Positions 48,985 to 59,924 of a stretch of DNA of 64,000 nt are shown here, piece after piece; positions within the stretch are counted from its first letter, which is position 1; each line of letters opens with the position of its first letter. Source of the DNA: Patescibacteria group bacterium (GTDB lineage Bacteria; Patescibacteriota; JABMPQ01; JAHIRA01). The DNA lies in NCBI GenBank assembly GCA_018818205.1, contig JAHISJ010000013.1:16661-80660 (forward strand), written 5' to 3'. The position numbers and the translations under genes are program-made. The notes beneath the pieces were generated by a model. That model worked only from the letters and a program-made list of their open reading frames with translations. It did no database searches and was not told the origin of the DNA.

Positions 48985-50524
48985 ATTTACAGATAAACTT
49001 ATTTTGCTACTTGTAATTTTTGTAGTTTTTATTGGTATTTTTTCTTTTTATCAAAGTAATCCAAAGTACCTTACTGGTGATGATGCGGCTATTCATTTGA
49101 GCAAAGCTGTTTTTAACGTTAATAAAGCGAGTGTCAATTACATAAATCCTTTTAAGCCTTTTTCTGAAGAACCAGCGTATGGTAATCTTTATATTGATGA
49201 ATTTCCTTTCCATGTTCTGGTTTCTGGGATTATGCTTAGCACAGGAACAGACGTGATTTCGGCAACAAAAGTTGTCATTTTTGTTTTGCAAATTTTTCTT
49301 TTTATTGGTTTGTTTCTTTTTCTTGAATGTATATTCAGAGATAGAATGTTTTCGTTTCTTGCAGCTTTTTTTGCAATGTTTAGTTATTGGATTGCAATTA
49401 TGTATTTTGAAGGAACTTACGCACAAATTATGGGCATGGTGTTTATACCTTTCTACTTATTATTAGTTAACGATTATTTCAATAAAAAAAACAATCCATC
49501 TCTTATTGGCGCAATAGCAATTAATGGGTTGCTTTTTTTCGTTCATCCTTTAACTTTTATTTTTGTATGTGTTCTTAGTTTCTCTTATCTTCTCTATTTT
49601 TTAGTACTTAATAAAAAATACATTGTATTAGCCTTACTTATCATAGCTACTGTTGTTATTCTTATTGTTATTGCTCTTTTTCCAAACTTGCCATATCCTA
49701 AATTCTACTCTGGGAATATTACTGATAACCCAAGTTTTGAGTTAAAAGATTTTTATGGTAAGCTAATTTCAGGCTTGTCGCCATACATTATTTTAGGACT
49801 TTTTGTTGCGGGTATTGTAAGCTCTTTAAAGTCTAAAAAAATAGTATTGATAGCTCTTCTCATATCATATCTTTTTATCTCGAGTGAAACATTCGGAGTT
49901 CCTTTCTTTCCACACCGGTTTAATCCTTATTTCATGGTTCTAGTGATTATTACTGTTTTTTATGGTTTTAAAGAGCTTTTCATAAGAATAAAGAATTATC
50001 GTTTAGCATATTTACTCCTTGTATTGTTTTTTATTGTTATTTCGGTGGGAGTGGTATATTCTTTCCAAGCGGTTAAAGAAGCACATGTCCATTTTTCCAA
50101 AGGACTGAGCCCGGCTATTATTACTGATAATGATTATGCGGCACTATCGTGGATTAAAGAAAATATACCGGGTGATGAAACAATACTGGCGACAAATAAA
50201 TGGGGGTACTTTGTTCCTTCATTGGCAGAGCATACTGTATTACTAGGAGATTCATTCGAATTACACGATGTTGAGAAAAAAGATCTAAAGAACAGACAAG
50301 AGATTGCTCAACAGAATGGACATGCTGTTTTTCGGGAGACTGATTCAAGAGTAAAGGCAGAATTATTACAAAGTATTGGTGTTAAGTATATTTTTGTACC
50401 TGATCAAATGAGAAAATATATCAGTGACTATGCACCATATGAAATCTATAATACTGATTTTGATTCAAAGTATTTTAGTGTTTTTTATAAGAGAGGCGAT
50501 GCAATTGTATATAAGTTGAGGTAA
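48974..50524 (+). CDS. GT-C-like membrane protein with STT3/AglB-like C-terminal domain
   Basis: TGDDAAIH loop, many TMs, PHRF, DYAALSWIKENIPGDETILA...GVKYIFV...AIVYKL. Confidence 0.7.
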   Translation: MKSRFTDKLILLLVIFVVFIGIFSFYQSNPKYLTGDDAAIHLSKAVFNVNKASVNYINPFKPFSEEPAYGNLYIDEFPFHVLVSGIMLSTGTDVISATKVVIFVLQIFLFIGLFLFLECIFRDRMFSFLAAFFAMFSYWIAIMYFEGTYAQIMGMVFIPFYLLLVNDYFNKKNNPSLIGAIAINGLLFFVHPLTFIFVCVLSFSYLLYFLVLNKKYIVLALLIIATVVILIVIALFPNLPYPKFYSGNITDNPSFELKDFYGKLISGLSPYIILGLFVAGIVSSLKSKKIVLIALLISYLFISSETFGVPFFPHRFNPYFMVLVIITVFYGFKELFIRIKNYRLAYLLLVLFFIVISVGVVYSFQAVKEAHVHFSKGLSPAIITDNDYAALSWIKENIPGDETILATNKWGYFVPSLAEHTVLLGDSFELHDVEKKDLKNRQEIAQQNGHAVFRETDSRVKAELLQSIGVKYIFVPDQMRKYISDYAPYEIYNTDFDSKYFSVFYKRGDAIVYKLR

Positions 50525-50715
50525 TGTCGATAATTTGTATTCTATTAGCTCTTCCGATATGGTTGGTGAAAAACTTTTCACTTTTATTGAATATTGATGG
50601 AGATAATGTCGTTTTTATATCCCTTTTCTTAGGCTTTCCCTTTGAAGTACTTTATTTATATATTTTGCTTGTAGGTGTTAGAAAATTTCTTTTACTATTC
50701 AATGAAAAACACTAG
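50524..50715 (+). CDS. small membrane protein
   Basis: TAATG coupling to the upstream gene; two hydrophobic segments. Confidence 0.55.
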   Translation: MSIICILLALPIWLVKNFSLLLNIDGDNVVFISLFLGFPFEVLYLYILLVGVRKFLLLFNEKH

Positions 50716-51655
50716 AATTGGAATAATTATCCTAAACTACAACGGTTTTAAAGACACTGTGGCTTGTGTTAATTCTCTTAAAAAGTCTATAGATACTGAT
50801 TTTGAAATTCTTTTAATTGATAACCATTCAGTAATAGATGAAGCTGCTAAATTAAGAAAAATATTTTCTGAGATAGAATGCATTAGAACACAAAAAAACT
50901 TAGGTTTTGCTGAAGGAAATAATGTAGGTATACGATATTTTTTAAATAAGGATGATATACATGCAATTATGCTTTTAAATAATGATACTGAAGTTAGTGA
51001 CAATCTCATATCAGAAATGAAGGTTGAGGTTGCCGGGGACAAAAAAGTAATGGTTGGGGTTTCTATTTATGCATATAAAGATCATAAAAGATTGGATAGT
51101 CAAGGGGTAGTCTTATATAAATCGTTTTTAGCAAATTCTGCAAAAGAGGATGATCTTTCTTTTGCACCTAATGGGTGTTGTGCATTATTTCATCGAAACT
51201 TTTTTAAGGATATAGCAATTAATAACGAATATTTAGATAAAGACTTCTTTTGTTATGGAGAGGATGTTGACATTGGAATACGAGGCAGACTTTGTGGCTA
51301 CAAATCAAGGATTGTGAAAAGTGCCCAAGTGTTCCATAAGGGTTCTGCTACTGCCATAACTATGTCTGATTTCTCTGTTTTCTATGGTCATCGAAACAAT
51401 GTTTTATATGTTTTTAAGTCAATGCCCCTTTGGTTATTAATAAAGAAGTTACCGTATTTTATTGTTGGCCAAATTGCAACACTTGTTTATTATTTGAAGA
51501 TTAGGCGTCCTACAATTTTCATGAAAGCTAAATGGGATAGCCTAAAATTTCTTCCAAGAATGATTAAAAAAAGAAAGTTTGTCATGAGAAAAAGAGTCAT
51601 TTCTACGAGAGATCTCGAAAGTTATCTAGACAATAAATTATTCCATGCAAGATAA
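50702..51655 (+). CDS. GT2 glycosyltransferase
   Basis: ILNYNG, NLGFAEGNN, LLNNDT, FFCYGEDVD. Confidence 0.9.
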   Translation: MKNTRIGIIILNYNGFKDTVACVNSLKKSIDTDFEILLIDNHSVIDEAAKLRKIFSEIECIRTQKNLGFAEGNNVGIRYFLNKDDIHAIMLLNNDTEVSDNLISEMKVEVAGDKKVMVGVSIYAYKDHKRLDSQGVVLYKSFLANSAKEDDLSFAPNGCCALFHRNFFKDIAINNEYLDKDFFCYGEDVDIGIRGRLCGYKSRIVKSAQVFHKGSATAITMSDFSVFYGHRNNVLYVFKSMPLWLLIKKLPYFIVGQIATLVYYLKIRRPTIFMKAKWDSLKFLPRMIKKRKFVMRKRVISTRDLESYLDNKLFHAR

Positions 51656-52784
51656 GAAAAGAATTGCCATAGTAAGAGGCACTAAACTTTCCAAAGTAGA
51701 GTGTCAAACATACGAACCTCTTTTAGATGCTTTCGTTATTGATGGTATCGTTGCAAAGCCAAATTCTGTAGATTTTTCCTCAGAGCTGAGCATCGGTATA
51801 AAAGAATTTTTTTCCCCTTCTTATTTTTTTGAGAAGCTTGGGTTTGATGTACAGTATCTTCTGGGTGCTTCAACGGGTTTATCAAATTATGATTTAGTAT
51901 TAACACCTGAACTATCATCGGTAAGTACATGGCATGGAATGAAAGCAAAAGAAAAAAATCCAAAGATGATTATAGCTACTTTGGTATGGGAAAATATTCC
52001 TTTTGTGCATGAAAACTATTCTATTCAAAAGAAGATAAAAAAGCGAGCTCTAAAGGAAGTCGATCATTTTATTGCAGTAACAAAAAGAGCAGAGTTTGCT
52101 TTGCGTAAAGAAGGAGTGTCAAAAGATAAGATTAGCGTTATTCCAGTAGGAATCGATGTCAAAAGATTTATACCCCAAGGCAAAGATACCGCGCTTATGA
52201 GTAAGTATGAGCTAGCCGAAAGCGATTTTGTTATTCTAACTTCAGCAAGAAATGTTTGGGAGAAGGGCATTCAGGACATAATCATTGGCTCATCAAGCCT
52301 GCTAAAAAAACACAAAGAGGCTAAGATTTTAATCCTTGGTGCAGGTCCTTTGCATCAGGCGTATCTGGATCTTTCCGCTCGTCTTGGTATTAAAAATCAG
52401 ATTAGAATTGTTGGTAAAGTTCCATATGATGAGGTTCCAAAATTCTATAATCTTGCTGACATTTTTGCTTTACTTAGTATTCCAGTTCCAAGTTGGCAAG
52501 AACAGTTTGGGATGGTTTTGGTTGAAAATATGTCTTCAGGAAATGCGATCATTACTACAAATACTGGATCTATTCCGGAAGTAGTCGGCGATGCTGCATA
52601 TCTTATAGGTCCTTCAGATCCTTATTTGCTTGGACAGAAAGTTGAATTCCTTCATTCAAATTTGGATGAAAGAATGAGACTTGGAGGGGTCGCTCGGAGG
52701 AGAGCTCTTGAACATTTTTCCCTTGAATTGATCTCTGAAAGATTTAAAGAAATTTTTCAAAAACTTTTATATATCCAACAATGA
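51645..52784 (+). CDS. GT4 glycosyltransferase
   Basis: ARNVWEKG, WQEQFGMVLVE, GSIPEVVG. Confidence 0.9.
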   Translation: MQDKKRIAIVRGTKLSKVECQTYEPLLDAFVIDGIVAKPNSVDFSSELSIGIKEFFSPSYFFEKLGFDVQYLLGASTGLSNYDLVLTPELSSVSTWHGMKAKEKNPKMIIATLVWENIPFVHENYSIQKKIKKRALKEVDHFIAVTKRAEFALRKEGVSKDKISVIPVGIDVKRFIPQGKDTALMSKYELAESDFVILTSARNVWEKGIQDIIIGSSSLLKKHKEAKILILGAGPLHQAYLDLSARLGIKNQIRIVGKVPYDEVPKFYNLADIFALLSIPVPSWQEQFGMVLVENMSSGNAIITTNTGSIPEVVGDAAYLIGPSDPYLLGQKVEFLHSNLDERMRLGGVARRRALEHFSLELISERFKEIFQKLLYIQQ

Positions 52785-54262
52785 AGGTGAATTTTAAAAG
52801 GATGTTTCAGGTTTTAAGCGTTTTTTTCACTCTTTTGATTCTTGGATATGCCGGGGTCTACACAATCAATTATTTTGGTTTTTTGGGATTTAAGGTAATT
52901 ACGTATAGTCCGGATTATTACTTTCTTAATGGAAATTCTTCTTTAGATGTATCAAAAAGTGGAGGCAAAACGTATTTGGAATTTGTAAAAAATGAGTTAG
53001 ATTTTAATTTGAATAAAAAGTTCAAGGAAGCTTATTTGGAAGTAAAAACTGATATGCCGAATGAAGTTTTTCAGGTCGAGCAGCTCACTGATAAAGGCAA
53101 AGAGATGGATTCAATTATTCTAGGAGGGGAGTATATTTCTAATACTCAGTTTAGAAGAATACAAAATGGCGAAAATATTTTTTATACACTGGACAAAGAT
53201 TTAAATGTGAACGATAAAACATTTTCTGACTTGATTACTGAATCCTTAAAAGGTCAACAGGATATAGCGCTAACACGCCCAATTTCTGAAAATGATATCA
53301 ATTTGATGGCTTACAAACCAAGTGATAAAAAAACATTTTATAATCTTTTTTTACGGGGTCACCATAAGTTATTAGTATATGTAAAAGATGAAGTACTTGA
53401 TTTTGTATTTAATTACTATGATATTAATAGAAAAGAAGGTCCAGATAGATTTAATATTATTTTGAAAAAAAACGGAGTTTTTAAGGGTATTGTTCAGGAA
53501 GATGATCGTGAAATTAAAAATCAACAAAATGTACATATCAGTGTTCCTGACTTGGAAGAAGGTATTTACGAACTTGATATTGATATTAGCGATGATTTAA
53601 TAATCTCTGGCATAGAAACAAGTCAGAGTGAATTCGTGTTTAAGGATAATTTTTTCCCGGTTGAAAATATTGAATATAGTTCTATTCCTCAGATCATAAA
53701 TAATAAGGAATCGTCATTTTTTACTAATTCTGATTTTTTCTGGTTAAAAACGTTGCATGAAAACGGTGTACAAAAGGTTGAGGTGAATAGTCATGTTTTT
53801 GACTTAAAGGAGTATCCAAAAAAATATTTATTTTATGATTATTTAAACTATAGCGAGTGCAATGATTTTAAAGAAGAGAATAGTGTTTTTTGCTTTTTAC
53901 CAAGTAACGATCTAAATGAAATAGTACTTGAAAAGCAAAATGTGTTTTTAGATTTAGATGGTAAATACCTGGCTCTCGGGAACAATGCATTAATTCACGC
54001 TTTAAATTGGCGAGAAATCAACTTTGCTAACTTCAAAGAAGCTAAAACGATCATTACAAAACCATCACAAGGTTTTAGTAAGAACAAAGAGGGATATATT
54101 GTGTGGAATATTTTTAATGTTAATGATGCAGGTAAGCTCAAATATAGATTTAGTTCAGTAGATGAAAAAAGAACTAGGGTGAAAAGCATCCGATTTGTTT
54201 TTTACAATCCTGATTCAATTTTCTATCGTACCTATAAAAAGTTATTCTTGCATGATGAGTAA
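52781..54262 (+). CDS. membrane-anchored extracytoplasmic hypothetical protein (probable paralog of 61598..62452)
   Basis: Single N-terminal TM, beta-rich body; ATGA-coupled to the upstream gene. Confidence 0.75.
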   Translation: MKVNFKRMFQVLSVFFTLLILGYAGVYTINYFGFLGFKVITYSPDYYFLNGNSSLDVSKSGGKTYLEFVKNELDFNLNKKFKEAYLEVKTDMPNEVFQVEQLTDKGKEMDSIILGGEYISNTQFRRIQNGENIFYTLDKDLNVNDKTFSDLITESLKGQQDIALTRPISENDINLMAYKPSDKKTFYNLFLRGHHKLLVYVKDEVLDFVFNYYDINRKEGPDRFNIILKKNGVFKGIVQEDDREIKNQQNVHISVPDLEEGIYELDIDISDDLIISGIETSQSEFVFKDNFFPVENIEYSSIPQIINNKESSFFTNSDFFWLKTLHENGVQKVEVNSHVFDLKEYPKKYLFYDYLNYSECNDFKEENSVFCFLPSNDLNEIVLEKQNVFLDLDGKYLALGNNALIHALNWREINFANFKEAKTIITKPSQGFSKNKEGYIVWNIFNVNDAGKLKYRFSSVDEKRTRVKSIRFVFYNPDSIFYRTYKKLFLHDE

Positions 54263-54641
54263 AAAAATATTTTTTAAGAAAATAGTTGATCTAATTGTAT
54301 TTTTATCTTTTGTTCTTCTCGTTTTCTTTGTTTTTATGAATTTCTTTTTTGCTAGTTTTGCGAGCAAAATATTCATTAATAATTTAACAATTGTTGTATT
54401 GGTTCTTTTGGTAATTCAAGCAATAATGTCCTATTTTATTCAAAATAATAGCCAAAGTAAACATTCTCGTGTTTTTGATAGAGCAATGATTTTACTTGTG
54501 TTTCTTACTTGTTTAGTAGTAATAGTAAAATTGTATATCGACCTTGAAACAAAGTTATTCGTGGTTTCACTGGTGTTGGCTTTTGTACTCCTATCTTTTT
54601 TATATGTTAAGGAATTTCATGTTTCTAAAAAAGTACAGTAA
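54252..54641 (+). CDS. small membrane protein
   Basis: About four TMs; overlaps both neighbours. Confidence 0.7.
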   Translation: MMSKKIFFKKIVDLIVFLSFVLLVFFVFMNFFFASFASKIFINNLTIVVLVLLVIQAIMSYFIQNNSQSKHSRVFDRAMILLVFLTCLVVIVKLYIDLETKLFVVSLVLAFVLLSFLYVKEFHVSKKVQ

Positions 54642-56142
54642 ACTTTTTTTATTTGGTTTTTTATTACTATTTGTAAGTAGTTTCTATATTACTCAATATA
54701 GAGATTTTTTTGAACCAATAACGACCGATGGTATTAGGGTAGCTCTTGGTGCGGAACGGTTAATAGAAAAAGGTGAAATTCAGCCTGATTATGAGGTTCT
54801 AGGTGGAACTGCGAATGTTGAAGCGCGCGGTTCCTTGTATCCTTTTATACAAATAAATGTAGCTATTCTCTCAGATATCAGTGGGATTTCGACGTATCAT
54901 GCGATTTTTTTGTTTTATTTGATTATTTTTGTTATTTTAGCATTAACGCTCTATATATTATTAGGTCGATTTACAAAGAGTCGAGAGACACAGATTATTT
55001 CCTTCTTATTATCTATTCTATTTTTGCCTCTTTTGCGATCAATACTATTAACTCCTCAAAACTTAATTGGGTATTTGTTGATTGTGACGATTATAAATCT
55101 TCTTTTTTTAGTGCAAGGGAAGAAGTTGCTTCTTCTCCTTTTTATGATTATAGGTTGTATGGCTTTCTACCATCATCTGACTCTCTTTATTGTGCTTATT
55201 TTTTTGTTTGTATACTTGATAACTGGTAAGCATTTTAGCAAACTGTTGGTTTTTTTTGTTATTAGCCTTGCTGCCGTATTCTTGGCAAGTAAGATTTTAT
55301 TAGGGTCATATGATATTCTATTTTTTGTAAAGAGTATTTTTAGTAGTTTTTTCTCTCCATCTGAGCTCGATTATTTCAATTTGAATACACCACTTGATTT
55401 TCCTTATGTACTTGGAATTTACCAGACACTTTTAGGTATTTTTGGAGCGTTAATTTTGGCACTTAGTAGAAAAAAGTTTGTAATGGGTTATCATATAGCT
55501 ATTTCTCTGGGTTTTGTAATATTATTTCTTTCGAATATTTTATTTTTTGGTATTGGATTTCACCCGGATAGATTTTTAAACTATCTTTTTATTCCTCTGG
55601 CACTTTGCATTCCGCTGTGTATTGATTTTATAAAAAATATTTTCTTCGTAAAGCGGCGGCTCATTGCGACTGGACTATGTGCGTTTATTATTATTGTTTC
55701 CTTTGTTCAGAATGTAAGTGTTTCCGCTCATGAGCAAAGTTATTTTGGTGAAACTTTTATTCTTTCAAGGGGAGAGTTAGAAGCTGCTGAATTTCTGAAG
55801 AAAAAAATGAGTGATACTGAAGTTGTACTTATAGCTTCAAGAGAAAGAACTAGGAAGGCGGATTCATATGCACGTTATTTGGGGAATAAAAAGACACTAA
55901 TTTTTGATGAACCTTCTTTAGCTTCTATTCCTCAAAAGAATGAACAAAGTCTTCGGTTTGATATATGGCAAATGACAGTTTTCCCTTCCATTAAAAACTC
56001 AGAAGATTTGTTTAAGAAATATGGTGTTGAATTTTTCTTGTTTCCTGCTGGTTCAAAAGAAAGAATTGCATTTGAAAATTTTTCGTATGTGATAATACTA
56101 TTTGAAAATGAAAATGTTGTTATTTTTGCAAAAAAGAAATAA
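54619..56142 (+). CDS. GT-C-like membrane protein with STT3-like C-terminal domain
   Basis: TTDG loop, YP, HHLT, PDRF, ELEAAEFLKK...KYGVEFF...FENENVVIF. Confidence 0.68.
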   Translation: MFLKKYSKLFLFGFLLLFVSSFYITQYRDFFEPITTDGIRVALGAERLIEKGEIQPDYEVLGGTANVEARGSLYPFIQINVAILSDISGISTYHAIFLFYLIIFVILALTLYILLGRFTKSRETQIISFLLSILFLPLLRSILLTPQNLIGYLLIVTIINLLFLVQGKKLLLLLFMIIGCMAFYHHLTLFIVLIFLFVYLITGKHFSKLLVFFVISLAAVFLASKILLGSYDILFFVKSIFSSFFSPSELDYFNLNTPLDFPYVLGIYQTLLGIFGALILALSRKKFVMGYHIAISLGFVILFLSNILFFGIGFHPDRFLNYLFIPLALCIPLCIDFIKNIFFVKRRLIATGLCAFIIIVSFVQNVSVSAHEQSYFGETFILSRGELEAAEFLKKKMSDTEVVLIASRERTRKADSYARYLGNKKTLIFDEPSLASIPQKNEQSLRFDIWQMTVFPSIKNSEDLFKKYGVEFFLFPAGSKERIAFENFSYVIILFENENVVIFAKKK

Positions 56143-56368
56143 AGTATTAAATATTCTCACTCGTTTATTTACTTCATTGCTTTTTTTGCTTGGATTGAGT
56201 ATTATTATTGCTCCTGGAAGCGTACAAGGGAAATGGTTGTTAGGAGATATTTATATTCAAGTTAAAGATGGTTTTTATACTGTATTACCTGCTACTTTTA
56301 TTGTTTTTTATACTAGCTTGCTTGTAGGAATTATTATTGTATTAATCTATAAATATGAAAAAAAGTGA
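56114..56368 (+). CDS. small membrane protein
   Basis: Two TMs; overlaps both neighbours; start uncertain (56108 or 56114). Confidence 0.55.
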   Translation: MLLFLQKRNKVLNILTRLFTSLLFLLGLSIIIAPGSVQGKWLLGDIYIQVKDGFYTVLPATFIVFYTSLLVGIIIVLIYKYEKK

Positions 56369-56744
56369 CTTTTTTTATGACATAGCATTGTACCCTTTAA
56401 CCTTTACTGTTTTTCTTTTTTTTGCTTCAGTTCTATTGTTTAAGTTTGATTTTTTTCAAGGAATTTTAGTCTCTTTGTTTTTTATCCTTTTCCTATATTT
56501 ACCCGGGCTTCTTTTTTTTAAAATTATTTTTGGAACGAAATTTAAAAACCTGAATCTTTTTGCTTTCTCGGTTGTATTTTCTTTGTTAATCGTTCCACCA
56601 ATTGTTTTTTTTACATTAAGGACAGGATTGCTATTTAATCTCCTTAACTCTGTGTTAATCATAGGTGTTGTTTTGTTTTTAGAATCAGTTATTTTGATAA
56701 TAAAGAATGTCAGAGCAAAGAAGAAAATTAAAAGTCGGGATTGA
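56355..56744 (+). CDS. small membrane protein
   Basis: Four TMs with LPG and SVVFS motifs, reminiscent of DUF1616-type N-termini. Confidence 0.6.
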   Translation: MKKSDFFYDIALYPLTFTVFLFFASVLLFKFDFFQGILVSLFFILFLYLPGLLFFKIIFGTKFKNLNLFAFSVVFSLLIVPPIVFFTLRTGLLFNLLNSVLIIGVVLFLESVILIIKNVRAKKKIKSRD

Positions 56745-57843
56745 TGTTTCCGAAGCCTTTTTTGAAGGCTATGGGGGAGTTATTTTGTATGCAAAAGAAA
56801 TAATCAAGTCATTCATTGGCAGTGATGAATTTGATATTTTTTTATTTTCTTTTAAGAATATTCCCCTAAATGAAATGAAAAAATTATCAGATGTCTCAGT
56901 GTACATTTCTCCAATTCACATCGAGACTCTTTGGGATTTAATAATATTGCCAGTTCAAATTAAGATAAAGAGAATTGATGTTTTCCTTTCATTAACACAT
57001 AATGGTCCATTCTTTGTTCCATCATCAACAAGATATATCTGCGTTATTCATGATGTGGCATATAGATTTTTTCCTCAAAGCTTTAAATTAAGAGAACGTT
57101 TTTTTCATAATCTAGGGATTAAAAGAGCGTTACGAATATCGGATCAAGTCATTGTAGATTCAAAAAACACCAAAAATGATTTGATTACATTGTATAATTA
57201 TCCGGAAGAAAAGATTACTCCGATTTATCTTGGAATCAAGAAAAACGTTCAAATTTTTAAATTGCGTGAAAAGCAGGAAGTTCTTAAGAAGTTCGGCATA
57301 AGTGATAGATTTATGCTATTTGTCGGAAATATATCTCCGAGAAAAAATTTGTCAAAAGTAATTGAAGCATATAAAAAATTACCGAAAGACTTAGGATACC
57401 AGTTAGTTATTGTTGGGGCCAGAGGATATAAGGCGGACTCGGAGATTAAAAAAAATGCAACAGAGAACGCTGATATCATTATTTTACATGCGGTTAATTC
57501 TTTTGAAATGGAAGTTATTTATCGAGCCGCCTCACTTTTAGTGTTTATGTCTCTTTATGAAGGCTTTGGTCTTCCATTACTTGAAGCAATGGCATGTGGA
57601 ACTCCTGTGCTTACTTCGAATGTTTCTTCTATGCCCGAGGTTGCGAAAGACGCAGCACTATATGTTGAAGATCCAAACGACTCTAGTGAAATTTCATTGA
57701 AAATGCAATATATATTGCGTGACAAAAAGCTACAGTCTAAACTTATTAGTAATGGATACAAGAGAGTTAAGGACTTCTCTTGGAAAAAATGTGCGCATGA
57801 AGCAACACAAGTAATAAATAATGTTTATAGAAATAATGAATAG
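56707..57843 (+). CDS. GT4 glycosyltransferase (MtfB/mannosyltransferase-like)
   Basis: [29 protein letters not shown]. Confidence 0.92.
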   Translation: MSEQRRKLKVGIDVSEAFFEGYGGVILYAKEIIKSFIGSDEFDIFLFSFKNIPLNEMKKLSDVSVYISPIHIETLWDLIILPVQIKIKRIDVFLSLTHNGPFFVPSSTRYICVIHDVAYRFFPQSFKLRERFFHNLGIKRALRISDQVIVDSKNTKNDLITLYNYPEEKITPIYLGIKKNVQIFKLREKQEVLKKFGISDRFMLFVGNISPRKNLSKVIEAYKKLPKDLGYQLVIVGARGYKADSEIKKNATENADIIILHAVNSFEMEVIYRAASLLVFMSLYEGFGLPLLEAMACGTPVLTSNVSSMPEVAKDAALYVEDPNDSSEISLKMQYILRDKKLQSKLISNGYKRVKDFSWKKCAHEATQVINNVYRNNE

Positions 57844-58969
57844 AAAGTTACGAATTGGAATAGACGCAAGACCGCTATTTGTAGAAAAAAAGACAGGAAT
57901 CGAAGTGTATTTAACTAATTTACTTAGAGAGCTTAGGGAGGTTGATACACAGAATGAGTATTTACTCTTTACTCACAAAATAGATTCCAAAAATATAGTA
58001 GAAAGTAATAATTTTAAGTATATTACAGTAAACGGCCCAAATTTTGCTTGGCCTCAACTTTCCTTGGCAAGATATCTAAAAAAGAACCAAGATGACATAG
58101 ATGTATGCTTGTTCACGCATCATTCAATTCCTTTGCGTTCTCCAGTAAAAACAGTTGCGGTGATTCTTGATCTGGCTTTTATTGATTATAAAGAATATTT
58201 TCCTTACTTTTCATATTTATTAAACACAAAGCTAACGACAAATTTTACCGTTAAAAAGGCAGATCATTTAGTAGCTATTTCCCAGCAAACTAAAAAAGAT
58301 ATTCTTACACATTATCAGGTAGATGAAAAGAAAATTGATGTAATTTATTTGGGGTTCAACTCAAAAAAATACCATCCTAGAGGTTCTGTAGAAATCAGTT
58401 CAGTTTTGAATAAATATCACATAAAAAATGATTATGTTTTGTATGTAGGTACTATGCAGAAAAGGAAGAATTTGATTAATTTACTTAAAGCTTTTGCAGT
58501 AGTAAAAAAATCAAAACCATCAATGCAAATGGTTTTTGCAGGGAAAAAAGGTTGGTTTTTTGAAGAAATTCAGGAAACTGTCAGGAAAGAAAAATTGGTA
58601 GATTCGGTAATGTTCCTTGGCTATGTTCCAGAGAATGATTTACCTGCGTTATATTCAGGATCAAAAGTCTTTGCTTTAGTTTCTTTATATGAAGGCTTTG
58701 GGATTCCTTTGCTTGAAGCAATGGCCTGTGGATGCCCGGTAATTACCAGTAATATTTCCTCGCTTCCCGAGGTCGCAGGTGATGCAGGTGTTTTAATACA
58801 TAATCCTCACGATTATGAAGAGATAGCGAAAAAACTCATTCATGTGTTATCAGATCAAAAATTGTTAAGTGAGATGTCAAAAAAAAGTCTTAGTAGGGCA
58901 AAAGAATTTAGTTGGAAGAAATGTGCTGCTGAGACCTTAAATACTCTAACTCATGTTGCTAACTCATAG
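57836..58969 (+). CDS. GT4 glycosyltransferase (MtfB/mannosyltransferase-like)
   Basis: [38 protein letters not shown]. Confidence 0.92.
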   Translation: MNRKLRIGIDARPLFVEKKTGIEVYLTNLLRELREVDTQNEYLLFTHKIDSKNIVESNNFKYITVNGPNFAWPQLSLARYLKKNQDDIDVCLFTHHSIPLRSPVKTVAVILDLAFIDYKEYFPYFSYLLNTKLTTNFTVKKADHLVAISQQTKKDILTHYQVDEKKIDVIYLGFNSKKYHPRGSVEISSVLNKYHIKNDYVLYVGTMQKRKNLINLLKAFAVVKKSKPSMQMVFAGKKGWFFEEIQETVRKEKLVDSVMFLGYVPENDLPALYSGSKVFALVSLYEGFGIPLLEAMACGCPVITSNISSLPEVAGDAGVLIHNPHDYEEIAKKLIHVLSDQKLLSEMSKKSLSRAKEFSWKKCAAETLNTLTHVANS

Positions 58970-59924
58970 ATGTCTTGATTGAGTAGTATAAAAATAAAAT
59001 TGGTGAGAGGAGATGGACAGGTGTATCAGCAATGAGATTTTGTAAAATGCTTCTTATACCTTTTGCTTGCCTACCGTTTGCGTTGAAAAAATATATTAGT
59101 CCAATAGTGGCAAAAATTCCTAGATATTGCCATGTAATTATTGACGCTACGAATAGTGCTAGGCTCCCATAAATAACTAGTGTTTGAATTCCAATGTAGG
59201 TATTAATTGGAGACCCAAAATTCTCTTTAAATACTTTTGGGGTTTTTTTGTAAAAATACAAATCCATAAGAATTCTTGTTTTAAGCTTCTTTAGTTCTGC
59301 AAAGAAGGATATCTCTCTTGGAGGATGAAGAACATAGACTTCAGGAGCAAAAATAATTTTGCCGATTTTTTTAACTCTCAGTGCGAAATCGGAATCTTCT
59401 CTGTGCATCAATGTAAAACCCTCATCAAAAAATCCCGCTTTTTCAATAATTTCTTTAACATATGCTACGTTGCAGGTAATGTATAAATCCCCCGAAGTGT
59501 TTTGAACGGAATGCGTACCAAGAAAGTTTTTATTGGAAGTTACGACACATCCTTCAATACCGACTATTTCTGGATAATCATCAAAATATCTGTTAATCAT
59601 TTCGATCCAATAATGACTGGGAAGACAATCGTCATCGGTAAAGGCTATTATTTCCCCAGAAGCATTTTTGATTCCAGTGTTTCGAGCTTTTGCCGCTCTT
59701 CCGTTTTCTTGGTATATATATTTTAGGTTAAGATCCGTTTCTTTTTTTATTTTTTGTATTTGTTTAGCCGTATTGTCCGTTGACCCATCATCAACAACAA
59801 TAACTTCAAAATTGTTCTTTGGAAATGACTGATTCTCTAGCGCGTGAAGGACGTGTGTCAGTTTTTCTTCTCTATTAAAGGTTCCGATTACAACAGATAT
59901 TTTATACTTGTTTTGGTTGATCAT
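58959..59924 (-). CDS. GT2 glycosyltransferase with C-terminal TMs
   Basis: VDDGSTD, ARNTG, FTDDDC, EDSDF. Confidence 0.9.
   Translation of the reverse strand: MINQNKYKISVVIGTFNREEKLTHVLHALENQSFPKNNFEVIVVDDGSTDNTAKQIQKIKKETDLNLKYIYQENGRAAKARNTGIKNASGEIIAFTDDDCLPSHYWIEMINRYFDDYPEIVGIEGCVVTSNKNFLGTHSVQNTSGDLYITCNVAYVKEIIEKAGFFDEGFTLMHREDSDFALRVKKIGKIIFAPEVYVLHPPREISFFAELKKLKTRILMDLYFYKKTPKVFKENFGSPINTYIGIQTLVIYGSLALFVASIITWQYLGIFATIGLIYFFNANGRQAKGIRSILQNLIADTPVHLLSPILFLYYSIKTSMS

Noticed and set aside
48974-50524. True oligosaccharyltransferase (AglB/PglB)
   Set aside because: WWDYG is absent and the protein is short; kept only as GT-C-like.
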